Part shown: positions 45,573-54,472 of the stretch, piece after piece
How the letters are laid out: each line of letters starts with the position of its first letter
Numbering within the stretch: position 1 is the first letter of the stretch
Assembly (NCBI GenBank): GCA_965223545.1
Contig: OZ245006.1
Coordinates: 800,001 to 864,000, forward strand
Reading direction: 5' to 3'
Source of the DNA: Planctomycetota bacterium
GTDB taxonomy: Bacteria; Planctomycetota; UBA1135; UBA2386
Length of the DNA: 64,000 nt
Notes under the pieces: model-generated
The model's input: the letters and a program-made list of their open reading frames with translations, nothing else
Database searches by the model: none
Told to the model about the DNA's origin: nothing
Translations under genes and position numbers: made by a program

Positions 45573-46885
45573 GTCTGCGCACTGCCCGCGACGTCGCGCT
45601 GCGACCGCTGCAACTCGTACTGTACTTGTTGTCTGGACTGATGCGACGCGACCGCAAGCTCTGGGTTTTTGGCGCCTGGCACGGCGAGCGATTCAGCGAC
45701 AACGCTGCGGCGCTGCTACGCTTCAGCGTCAACCATCACGAGGGGGAGGTCCGGTGCGTCTGGGTAGCGAGCCGCTACAGCGTCGTGCGGCGCGTCCGCC
45801 AGCACGGGCTACCCGCTCACCACCGCTGGTCGCCAAAGGGTATTGGTGCGTGTCTCCGAGGCGGCGTCTACGTGTTCGTCTCCACGACCCGAGACATCAA
45901 CCATTGGCTCTCCAAAGGAGCGCGCCTGGTCCTGCTGCGCCACGGAGTCGGCATCAAGAGAATTGGCAAAGCACACCGCAATCCTTCACATCCGCTTTAC
46001 CGACTCCACCATAGCCCGTTCTGGCAACGCTGGATTTGGCGGGCCATTCTGCACTGGCATACGGTGCCGATGGACCTGGTGATCGCGACCTCGAAACTGC
46101 ACGCCGAGCAAGCGCTCGAATACTTCCACGTCAGCCAAAAGGACGTCGTGATCACGGGCTTCCCCCGCAATGACCGGCTGTTGGCAGCGGACACAGAGGA
46201 TCGCGCCGAGAGGCAACTGCCGCCTGAGGACGCGCAGTTGGCCGACTGGCTGGCAGCCGCAAAGGCCGCGGCCAGGCCGGTGGTCTTCTACATGCCGACC
46301 TTCCGCGACGCGGGCAACGCACCGATCAACTTCACCTGGGCCGAGCTGGACGCCCGGCTCGACGAGCTGGGCGCCGAAATGCTCGTCCGCCCACACTCTT
46401 CAGACCGCAGCAACTTCGTTCGGCCATTGATCGAGCGTCGCTTCGCGCACCTCCGACTGCACCATCCGCAAAGTGACCCGCACGACGTTCTTAGCCATAT
46501 GACGGCCTTGGTCACGGACTACTCGAGCGTCGCGTACGACTACATGTTACTCCGTCGCCCCATCGTCTTCTACACATGCGACCGAGACCTCTACACCAGC
46601 ACGCGCGCGCTGGCGTTCGACTACGACGACGTCACACCAGGCCTGAAGGCGACCGATCTCGAGAGCCTGGTGGCCGCGCTGACCTCGATCATCGATGGCA
46701 CAGCGCGGATCCCGATCCCGGCCGTCGACGCACTACTAGATCAGTTCCATGTGTACCGCGACGGACAGTCCGCACACCGCGTCTTCTCGGTCATAAGTGC
46801 TCGATTCGCAACCAGCGCGACCACACAACAGGACATTCCTGTCCCCCCAGCCGACGTCATCGAGAATCCACCATGCGAATCCTGA
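45566..46885 (+). CDS. CDP-glycerol/alditol phosphotransferase (TagF/TagB family)
   Basis: WVFGAWHGERFSDN, LRHGVGIKRIG, TGFPRNDRL, YMPTFRD, RPH, LVTDYSSVAYDY.LLRRPIVFY. Confidence 0.92.
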   Translation: MLSLRTARDVALRPLQLVLYLLSGLMRRDRKLWVFGAWHGERFSDNAAALLRFSVNHHEGEVRCVWVASRYSVVRRVRQHGLPAHHRWSPKGIGACLRGGVYVFVSTTRDINHWLSKGARLVLLRHGVGIKRIGKAHRNPSHPLYRLHHSPFWQRWIWRAILHWHTVPMDLVIATSKLHAEQALEYFHVSQKDVVITGFPRNDRLLAADTEDRAERQLPPEDAQLADWLAAAKAAARPVVFYMPTFRDAGNAPINFTWAELDARLDELGAEMLVRPHSSDRSNFVRPLIERRFAHLRLHHPQSDPHDVLSHMTALVTDYSSVAYDYMLLRRPIVFYTCDRDLYTSTRALAFDYDDVTPGLKATDLESLVAALTSIIDGTARIPIPAVDALLDQFHVYRDGQSAHRVFSVISARFATSATTQQDIPVPPADVIENPPCES

Positions 46886-47814
46886 TTACCGGCGGGTCGG
46901 GCTTCATTGGTGCCAAGATCGCACGGCAGCTGGCGGCGTCGGGCCACGACGTCTGCTCGCTCGATGCGCGCCCACCGAAGCCTTGCCAAACAGCCACCCC
47001 CGAGCAGGTACATTCAGTCGAGGGCAACATCCACGATCCCGGTAGCTGCCACAAAGCCGTGCTGGGAGCCGAGATGGTGATTCACAGCGCTGCCACGCAC
47101 CTGGCGACCAAGGTCTCACGGCAACCCCTGCAGTCGATCCAAACCAATGTCCACGGCACACTCAACTTGCTGAACGCCGCGGCCAATGCGAAAGTGCGCC
47201 GCTTCGTGTTCTTGTCCTCCGCCAAGGTCTACGGCGAGCCCACCAGGCTGCCGTCAAGCGAAGTCGACTTCGCTCGCCCGTACGACTCGTACAGCCTGTC
47301 GAAAATGATGTGCGAGCACTACTGCGACCGGTTTCGCCAGGAGACCACAATGGAGACGGTCAGCGTGCGACCCTTCTCAGTGTACGGTCCCGACCAAGAC
47401 CTGGAGACCGGCTACGTCGGCATGCTGGTTCGCGCGCTGCTCGAAGACGAGGACCCGGCGTTTCCCGGGCAACCGGACTTCCTGCGCGACTTCGTCCACA
47501 TCAACGACGTGGTGGAAGTCCTCACGCGGGTCGTGCACCACGAAGGTCCGGTGCCGCCGGTACTCAACGCCGGGAGCGGTCGAACCGCAACGCTCACCAG
47601 GCTGGTCGAGATCGCAACACGACTGACCGGTCGCCGGATCCTGCCGACGTTCATTCGACCACACAAGGGGACCATCACGAGAACACAGGCCTCCCTGGAC
47701 ACGGTCTGCGCGGCACTGGGTCCGATCAGCCCTATCCACGTGGAACAAGGTCTCGAGGAGACCATCAACGCTGCCCAGGCAGCGCACACGAATGCACGAT
47801 GCACCATCGCGTGA
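46873..47814 (+). CDS. NAD-dependent extended SDR (probable CDP-alditol-forming reductase or sugar epimerase)
   Basis: ILITGGSGFIG, FLSSAKVYG, YSLSK, RPFSVYGP, RDFVHINDV. Overlaps both the TagF-like and IspD-like genes. Confidence 0.85.
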   Translation: MRILITGGSGFIGAKIARQLAASGHDVCSLDARPPKPCQTATPEQVHSVEGNIHDPGSCHKAVLGAEMVIHSAATHLATKVSRQPLQSIQTNVHGTLNLLNAAANAKVRRFVFLSSAKVYGEPTRLPSSEVDFARPYDSYSLSKMMCEHYCDRFRQETTMETVSVRPFSVYGPDQDLETGYVGMLVRALLEDEDPAFPGQPDFLRDFVHINDVVEVLTRVVHHEGPVPPVLNAGSGRTATLTRLVEIATRLTGRRILPTFIRPHKGTITRTQASLDTVCAALGPISPIHVEQGLEETINAAQAAHTNARCTIA

Positions 47815-48518
47815 CAGCAATCCTGTTGGCGGGGGGCAGCGGCAAGCGCTTTGCCGCGACCGGCCCGCCCAAGCAGCTTGTTGAACTGCACGGGAGGCCG
47901 TTGTTCCTGCATGCGGTCTCGACCTACGCTGGCATGCCCGAAGTCGACCGCCTCGTCTTGGCCGCGCACCGAGACTACACGGCGGCATTCGCTGCCTCGC
48001 TCGCTGAGCAAGGCTTGACGAATCGGGTCACGATCGTGGAAGGCGGCCTCACCAGGCAAGCCTCGATCCAGAACGCGCTCGCCGCGCTTCCCGACACCGC
48101 GGACGACATCGGCGTACTGCAGAACACGGCATCTCCACGCACGACCGCGGCGCTTGTTCGACGCTGTCTCGCCGCTTGCGAACGAGCGGCTGCCGTGCAG
48201 GCGTACGTGCCAGCTCACCACACGGTTTTTGTCCGCGACGCAGACACGTTGGACCGCGTGCTACCGCGCGAACAGATCGGCTACACTTGCGACCCGACGT
48301 TGTACCGGATGTCGCTCCTGCGCCGGGTGATCGACGAGAGAACGAATGCAGGACTACCCGGGGAGATGACCTTGACGGCGGTGCGTGCGCTCGGTGAGGC
48401 GGTCGCCCTGGTCGAATCGGAACCCGACAACATCAAGCTCACCGTGCCCAGCGACCTCGCCACTCTGCGGCAGGAACCCGCTTGCGGTGCTTGCGGCGAA
48501 TCCCCGCGGACTTCTTGA
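47799..48518 (+). CDS. IspD/TarI-family cytidylyltransferase
   Basis: ILLAGGSGKRF...PKQL, GGLTRQASI, NIKLTVPSDL. The canonical HDxARP reads QNTASP here. Confidence 0.88.
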   Translation: MHHRVTAILLAGGSGKRFAATGPPKQLVELHGRPLFLHAVSTYAGMPEVDRLVLAAHRDYTAAFAASLAEQGLTNRVTIVEGGLTRQASIQNALAALPDTADDIGVLQNTASPRTTAALVRRCLAACERAAAVQAYVPAHHTVFVRDADTLDRVLPREQIGYTCDPTLYRMSLLRRVIDERTNAGLPGEMTLTAVRALGEAVALVESEPDNIKLTVPSDLATLRQEPACGACGESPRTS

Positions 48519-48818
48519 GCCTCCGGCGCCTCGAATCGTCGAGCTTCGACAACGTTTTCGAGGCGACGCCGCCGACATGGCAACGTCGCCGCTGCGCTGT
48601 CGAGGCTCGGAGAGACAGTGCCTCCGGGCTAAGCGCGGCGGCGGATGTGTCGCTGCAAAACGGCTCTGGCAACGGCATCCGAGTTTGGATAGGGCAGTGA
48701 CCACGCTGAACCCTCCGGGACGAAGTGCGCCCCGGTCCCCGACCGGCAATACGATCCTGAGTACGATAGGTTCCACCGACACCTCGCCGCCGGTGACTTC
48801 TCTCGGTCACGAAACCGG

Positions 48819-51536
48819 TCAGCGCACGCGCAGATCAATGGACCGAGTCACCGTCGTCTCACCATCGGTCACCTGAACCTCGACCTGGTACTTGTCCCGA
48901 CGGTCGAACACAGCTGTTGTCGATGCCGCCTGAGAGCTGCCGTTCGGACTGAACACGGCGCCGCCACCGCGGACCACACCCCACGTGTAGCTGACGATGC
49001 CGCCGTCGGGGTCCTCGGCCTCCACCGAGAGAGTCACCGGCTGCCCGACGCGAATCCGCCGACTACTCACCGTGATGTCACCGACGACAGGGGCGACGTT
49101 GCCTCCGCTGACATCCACGACGATGGTCGCTGCGGCTGACCCACCGCGGCCGTCACTGATCTGATAGCCGAACTGATCACGCCCCGACGAACCGGCAGAC
49201 GGCACGTATTGGAGCCCACCACCGGTTAGAACAACGACGGCGCCGCCCAGCGGCTGCGACACTCCAATGATGGTCAGCGGGTCATTCTCCGGATCGGTGT
49301 CGTTGGCCAACGGGTCCAAGACTAGCGCTGCTCCCGCCGAGGTCTGGCCGGCGTCGTCGATCGCCACTGGGGGCAGGTTGGGCAGACTTCCCGAGACGCT
49401 GACTTCGGCGGATGCACTCCCGCCACGGCTGTCTCCGATCGTGTACGCGAACCGGTCAGCGCCGCTGAACGTAGATCCGACCACGTAGCGCAGGATCCCG
49501 CCGGCGAGCAAGGTGACCGAGCCGCCTGCGGGCTGAGCGATGGCGGTGATGGACAGCGGGTCGTTGTCCGGATCGCTGTCGTTGTCGAGCACAGCGACGT
49601 CCACGAATGATCCGCTCAAGCTCGCATTGTCGTCCAACGCGACCGGCACTCGATTCGCGGCCGGAGCGGACGCCGGAGCCAGGGCACCGCGAAAGACCTC
49701 ACCTTTGAGGCCAGGCCAGTTCCGCGACGAAAGATCAACGGCCCCGCTTGCGGCGGGCCCACTCGCGCTCGGCACATAGCCTTGGTCGAGCTGCGGATCT
49801 CCCTCGACGCCGGACTGCTCCCACCCCGACGGGAACAGGTTCGCGGTTGAGGAGAACACCGGGGAGGCGCGGAACTCAGCAAGCGTGTCGAAGCTCACGC
49901 TGCTGCCCGAGTATTGCAGTTGATAGAACAGCTCTCGCTCCCCGCCGGCGGCTCGAAAGTAGAGGTTTCCATCGTAGAACTGCGACCCGTCGACAACCGC
50001 CTTGCGCGCGATGTAGATGTCCGAGGTCTGCACGAAGACGTTGTTGTAAACCTCGTGCAGTACACCCATCGTCAGCGGCCCGAAGTCGGGCGTGTACGTG
50101 TGGCCGACCCCACGGTTGCTCGTGTCGTCCATCGCGATCACGGTGTTGTGGTATATCTTCCACGGGTCGTCGATTCCGGGCGAGATGCCGTGTACGCCGA
50201 ACGCCGTTCCGTTACCCATGCCATCCCCGTTGGGCCCCTGATACTTGGACGATCCGAGGAGGCCGCGAGGGTCTGCGCGACCGATCAACTGCGGCTTGCT
50301 GCAATCGATGATGTTGTGGTGCACGTACTTGGTCCCGGCGCGGCCGACGGGCGGCGGAGCGGGCCCGTCGCGTGAAAAGCCAGCGTGCACATCAGTGCAC
50401 ACATTGTAGGCGAACTCGACATTCCAGCCTGACGTACCGCATTGCACGACGTCGTCGCGAATGCTGTCGAAGACGTTATTCGTGATCGAAAGGTTGCTCA
50501 CCATCCCGGTCGCATCAATCCCGTCGAACACGTGCTCGAAGCGAGAGTTGCGCACGATGACAGAGTCGACGGCACCGTCGAGTTCGATCCCGGCGCCCTG
50601 GAACTGGTGGCCGGGACGGCCACTGGTTGGGCGCTTGACATCGGTCCAAGCCACCCACGGCGGCACGCCATCGACAACCGTCAGGCCGTCGAACGTAATG
50701 TCATGGGCTCCTTCGCGCACCAGAACGTGATAGCGACCACCGAACACGTCCGTGTTTCGGATGGTGATGTCGTGGCAACCCGAGTCGAGAGTGATTGCAT
50801 TCTTGCCGTAGCGCAGCGTCAACCCCTCCAGGACCACGTGCGCGCTGCTACCCATCACGCGCAAAACCACGTCCTCGCCAAACAAAAACATCGGCGTTTG
50901 ACCCGGGTCCGGGTCGCGTGGCACCGCGTAGCCCATCTGCGCCTGGTAGCGGCCGCGCTTCAGACGAGCGTAGATTCGTTCGTCGCTGGCGCTCCAGTGA
51001 ACACCTGGGCCGATGTAGTAGAATGGCCACGCGTCATCGTAGTCCTCGTTGTCGGTACCAAGGGGACCCATGTCGACGTAGGCCACGAGGCGGAATCCCC
51101 CGTCGCCTGGCCCGAACTGACCATAGACCCTCCCCGCGGAAGGAAAGCGCGCGACCGAGCGGTAGATTCCCTTGGCCGAGTCGAAAACCTCCCAGTCCGC
51201 GTTGCCCGCGGCGCGGAACTCGCTGAACCCACCATCGATCACCGGCACCTCGCCGGGGTGGTTGCGAATCGTGATCGGTGCAGAGGCGTCGCCGCGAAGG
51301 TCCAAACGGAGATCGCGCTCGAAGTAGGTACCTCCGCGCAGGAACAGCGTATCGCCCGGCCGCAACTGCGCTACCGCGTGGGCCACGCTGGCCCACGGCT
51401 GGGCGAGCGTACCTGGCGCACCGTCGTCCCCGCCCTGGGCGACGTAGTAGGAGTTGCCTCCCTGTTGGGCGTCTGCGACGCCCGCCAACAGAGTGGCCAT
51501 AGCCAGCGAACCGAGCACTCGAAGGTCTGCGAACAT
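48819..51536 (-). CDS. Secreted right-handed beta-helix protein (DUF1565-type N-terminus) with two Big_9/cadherin-like and one PKD-like domain
   Basis: Signal ends ADA-Q, YYVAQGGDD..PGT..QPWAS..LRPGDTLFLRGGTY, helix coils, PVAxDD...VLxNDxDPxNDPLxI repeats, and DPDGGIVSYTW. Confidence 0.85.
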   Translation of the reverse strand: MFADLRVLGSLAMATLLAGVADAQQGGNSYYVAQGGDDGAPGTLAQPWASVAHAVAQLRPGDTLFLRGGTYFERDLRLDLRGDASAPITIRNHPGEVPVIDGGFSEFRAAGNADWEVFDSAKGIYRSVARFPSAGRVYGQFGPGDGGFRLVAYVDMGPLGTDNEDYDDAWPFYYIGPGVHWSASDERIYARLKRGRYQAQMGYAVPRDPDPGQTPMFLFGEDVVLRVMGSSAHVVLEGLTLRYGKNAITLDSGCHDITIRNTDVFGGRYHVLVREGAHDITFDGLTVVDGVPPWVAWTDVKRPTSGRPGHQFQGAGIELDGAVDSVIVRNSRFEHVFDGIDATGMVSNLSITNNVFDSIRDDVVQCGTSGWNVEFAYNVCTDVHAGFSRDGPAPPPVGRAGTKYVHHNIIDCSKPQLIGRADPRGLLGSSKYQGPNGDGMGNGTAFGVHGISPGIDDPWKIYHNTVIAMDDTSNRGVGHTYTPDFGPLTMGVLHEVYNNVFVQTSDIYIARKAVVDGSQFYDGNLYFRAAGGERELFYQLQYSGSSVSFDTLAEFRASPVFSSTANLFPSGWEQSGVEGDPQLDQGYVPSASGPAASGAVDLSSRNWPGLKGEVFRGALAPASAPAANRVPVALDDNASLSGSFVDVAVLDNDSDPDNDPLSITAIAQPAGGSVTLLAGGILRYVVGSTFSGADRFAYTIGDSRGGSASAEVSVSGSLPNLPPVAIDDAGQTSAGAALVLDPLANDTDPENDPLTIIGVSQPLGGAVVVLTGGGLQYVPSAGSSGRDQFGYQISDGRGGSAAATIVVDVSGGNVAPVVGDITVSSRRIRVGQPVTLSVEAEDPDGGIVSYTWGVVRGGGAVFSPNGSSQAASTTAVFDRRDKYQVEVQVTDGETTVTRSIDLRVR

Positions 51537-51784
51537 TCTGTTCTCCGTTTCACAACAGATCCCGTCGGCCGCCGCGTCAACCAGTCTCGGAATCGGACCG
51601 CCGGTTGCCGCAATATCGAACAGTGGCTCCAAGGCCTGAAGCCGAGCGCTCGACGCGCTCTCAAAACTGGACCGTGGCGACACGCTCACTGTCCGAAATA
51701 CGTACTGCCGGAGGGCTACGACGCCAGAACATCGACGCTTGGCTCCGAGGACACAGCCGTCAGCCGTGGCTGGAGATCCGCCCC

Positions 51785-53680
51785 TTACCGGTCGGCCATG
51801 GCATCCGGAGGGCGGGCACCGCGGAACGTCTCGCCAACGACCCCGGGCCAGCCGGTGGCCGAAAGGTCCACGGCGCCGCTGGCAGCAGGTCCGTTGGCGG
51901 AGGGCAAGTAGCCGCCATTCAGACCCGGATCGCCCTCCACGCCATTGGCCTCCCACCCAGGCGCGTACCAAGCTTGAGTCAGCGAGAAGAGCGCCGATGT
52001 GCGGAACTCGAGCAACGAGTCGAAGTCGTAGGAGACGCTTCCCGCGGCGAACTGACGTAGCAACGGCGTCGACCAGCTCGAACTCGGGCGCCAGTACAAG
52101 TTGCCGTCGTACACCTGATGCGGAAGGACCTCCGCGCGACGCGCAATGTGCCGATCGGAAAGCTGCACGAAGATGTTGTTGTAGCACTCGTGCACGTGCC
52201 CGCCAGACACCGGACCGAAAGACGCTGGGTAGGTGTGCCCGACGCCGCGGTTGTTGACGTCATCCAGGCAAACGACCGTATTGTGATAGATGTGCCACGG
52301 GTCATCGATCCCCGAAGCGATGTTGTGCACGCCAAACGCTGTGCCCACCCCCATGCCGTTGCCACTGGGTCCGCGGTATTTGGACGGCAAGAGCCCTTTG
52401 GGGTCATCGCGGCTCAGCAAGTGCGGCGTGCTCGTATCGATCACGTTGTGGTGAACGAACTTGCTGCCGACATACTGTGCGGGAGCCGGCGACGGGCCAT
52501 CTCGCGAGAACCCCGCGTGAACACGTGTGGCGACGTTGTGAGCGATCTCCACGTTGTACGCCGCAGTCCCCAGCTGGATCACGTCATCGCGGATGCCATC
52601 GAATCGATTGCCAAGTACGCGCAAGTTCGTCGGGGCGGCCGTACCCGCAATCCCGTCGAAACTCCCCGAGAACCGGCTGCGGCGCAGGGTGAAGGCGTCG
52701 GGCGAACCGTCGAGCAGAACGCCTGCGCCCTGGAGGTACCGACCGGGACGCCCGACATTCGGACGCTTGACGTCGGTCCACGCGATCCACGGCGGCACCG
52801 AGTCCGCGATCGTGACGCGATCGAGTGTGATCCTGCGGGCCCCGGTGCGCACGCGAACGTGGTACCGCCCACCGAACAAGTCACAGCCGCGCAGCGTGAT
52901 GTCGTGCGCACCGTCATCGAAGTCGACTGCGTTGGCCCCATTTCGAAAATCGATGCCCGAGACTTCGATGTGGGCTGCCGTCGGCTCGAACTCGAGGATG
53001 CGGGGGTCGCCAAACAACACCAGCGGCGTGTTGCGCGGATCCGTAACGGCCGGCACCTGCACGCCCATGCGCTGTTGGTAGATGCTGTGTTTGAGGCGAA
53101 CGTAGATCCGACCGTCGTTCTCGTCCCACAATACGCCCGGCCCGATATAGTAGTACGGCCAGGTGTCGTCGTACGCCTGCTGGTCGGTGCTGAACGGCCC
53201 AAAGTCATCGTACGGCACCAAGCGAAAGCCACCCTCGGCAGGGTCGAGGCGTCCGTAGACGCGCTCGAGTCCCGGGTAGGACTTGACCGATCGGTAGATC
53301 TCCTTGGCGGCATCGACAACCTCCCATTCTGCATTCGGGACAACACCAAACTCCGTCAGCGCGCCGTCGATGACGGGCTGTTCGCGAGGGAAGGCGCGGA
53401 TGGAGACAGGAGCCCCACGCGTCCCCGTTGCGGTGATGTGAATGCCCCGTTCTGCATACGTTCCGCCGCGCACCCACAAGGTATCGCCTGGCCCGAGCCC
53501 TGCGACCGCCCGCGTGAACGTGGCCCACGGCCGAGTTGCCGTACCTGGACCGGCGTCGTCACCCCAGGGAGCGACATGGTAGGCCGCCGGACCGCGTAGC
53601 GGCCCCCACGGGTCGGCGAGCAGCGGCAACAGTGCGGCGCAGACGCCGGTCACGGTGTACCGAAAGGCGAGGTGGAGCAT
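51785..53680 (-). CDS. Secreted right-handed beta-helix protein, tandem paralog of 48819-51536 without Ig-like domains
   Basis: Colinear shared blocks YYIGPGV.W, VPPW.AWTDVKRP, IRDDV.Q.GT, GIDDPW.IYHNTV, NRGVGHTY, GVEGDP.L and GPAASGAVDLS. Confidence 0.85.
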   Translation of the reverse strand: MLHLAFRYTVTGVCAALLPLLADPWGPLRGPAAYHVAPWGDDAGPGTATRPWATFTRAVAGLGPGDTLWVRGGTYAERGIHITATGTRGAPVSIRAFPREQPVIDGALTEFGVVPNAEWEVVDAAKEIYRSVKSYPGLERVYGRLDPAEGGFRLVPYDDFGPFSTDQQAYDDTWPYYYIGPGVLWDENDGRIYVRLKHSIYQQRMGVQVPAVTDPRNTPLVLFGDPRILEFEPTAAHIEVSGIDFRNGANAVDFDDGAHDITLRGCDLFGGRYHVRVRTGARRITLDRVTIADSVPPWIAWTDVKRPNVGRPGRYLQGAGVLLDGSPDAFTLRRSRFSGSFDGIAGTAAPTNLRVLGNRFDGIRDDVIQLGTAAYNVEIAHNVATRVHAGFSRDGPSPAPAQYVGSKFVHHNVIDTSTPHLLSRDDPKGLLPSKYRGPSGNGMGVGTAFGVHNIASGIDDPWHIYHNTVVCLDDVNNRGVGHTYPASFGPVSGGHVHECYNNIFVQLSDRHIARRAEVLPHQVYDGNLYWRPSSSWSTPLLRQFAAGSVSYDFDSLLEFRTSALFSLTQAWYAPGWEANGVEGDPGLNGGYLPSANGPAASGAVDLSATGWPGVVGETFRGARPPDAMADR

Positions 53681-53827
53681 GGGTCCGTCCGAGTGCCGAG
53701 CTGGAGGAGGTGCGCGGGTCCAGTCCTACGTCCTGCACGCGCATTAACGAGAATACGGCACGGACACCGCGAGTTCGCCAACGTCAGACGTCTCGCCAAA
53801 CTCGCGCGCAGCAACCGAGCGCCCGCC

Positions 53828-54286
53828 TCAATCCCCGGCGATGTCGCGCCTCGCCGCCCGTTGCTTCAACGCCTCGCGCTTGTCCGCCCCGCGCCGGCCG
53901 CGACAGATGCCGATCTCGAGCTTCGCCAGGGCGCGATCGCTCCAATACAGCCGCAACGGGACCAGGGTCAGACCACGCTGCGCCACCTTGGCCGCCAACT
54001 TGCGGATCTCGCGCTTGCGCAGCAGCAGCTTGCGCTTGCGGGTGGGGTCGTGGTTCTGCCGGTTGCCGTGGGTGTACTCCTGGATGTAGGCACCGACCAA
54101 GAAGATCTCGGTGCCGTCGACCCGCGCGTAGGCCTCGTCCAGGCTGACCTTGCCGTCGCGCAACGTCTTGACCTCGGTGCCGACCAGCACCAAGCCGGCC
54201 TCGACCGTGTCGAGGACCTCGTAGCGGTGCCGCGCGCGCTTGTTCTCGGCGATCTGCCGGCTGCTGCGGTCGCTCTTGGCTCCCAT
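53828..54286 (-). CDS. smpB: SsrA-binding protein
   Basis: IAENKRARHRY, EAGLVLVGTEVKTLR, NHDPTRKRKLLL, GLTLVPLRLY, DKRE. Confidence 0.97.
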   Translation of the reverse strand: MGAKSDRSSRQIAENKRARHRYEVLDTVEAGLVLVGTEVKTLRDGKVSLDEAYARVDGTEIFLVGAYIQEYTHGNRQNHDPTRKRKLLLRKREIRKLAAKVAQRGLTLVPLRLYWSDRALAKLEIGICRGRRGADKREALKQRAARRDIAGD

Positions 54287-54319
54287 CGGGGCGGGCACCA
54301 TAGGGCGCGCGGTCCAGGC

Positions 54320-54347
54320 TTGCAAAGCGAGGCGGGATCGCTAGTCT
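54320..54347 (+). promoter_or_regulatory. Putative sigma70 promoter for tRNA-Leu/dusB
   Basis: TTGCAA-16 nt-TAGTCT followed by a GC-rich discriminator, ending 23 nt before the tRNA. Confidence 0.55.
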
Positions 54348-54370
54348 CCCCCGCCCGCTTCCCGCACTTG

Positions 54371-54459
54371 GCCCAGGTGGCGGAATTGGCAGACGCGCTA
54401 GGTTCAGGTCCTAGTGGGGGTAAAACCCCGTGGAGGTTCGAGTCCTCTCCTGGGCACCA
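54371..54459 (+). tRNA. tRNA-Leu (anticodon CAG)
   Basis: Acceptor stem GCCCAGG/CCTGGGC, anticodon arm CTAGG-TTCAGGT-CCTAG, long variable arm GGGG-TAAAA-CCCC, GGTTCGAGTCC, encoded CCA. Confidence 0.97.
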
Positions 54460-54472
54460 TTCGCCCCTGCGA

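Noticed and set aside
51537..52187. Upstream extension of the 1122-aa ORF
   Set aside because: It overlaps the paralog's 3' end in another frame. The signal peptide starts at ATG 51536.
53672..54472. N-terminal extension of the dusB ORF
   Set aside because: It runs antisense through smpB and across tRNA-Leu. The real start is at or after 54473.
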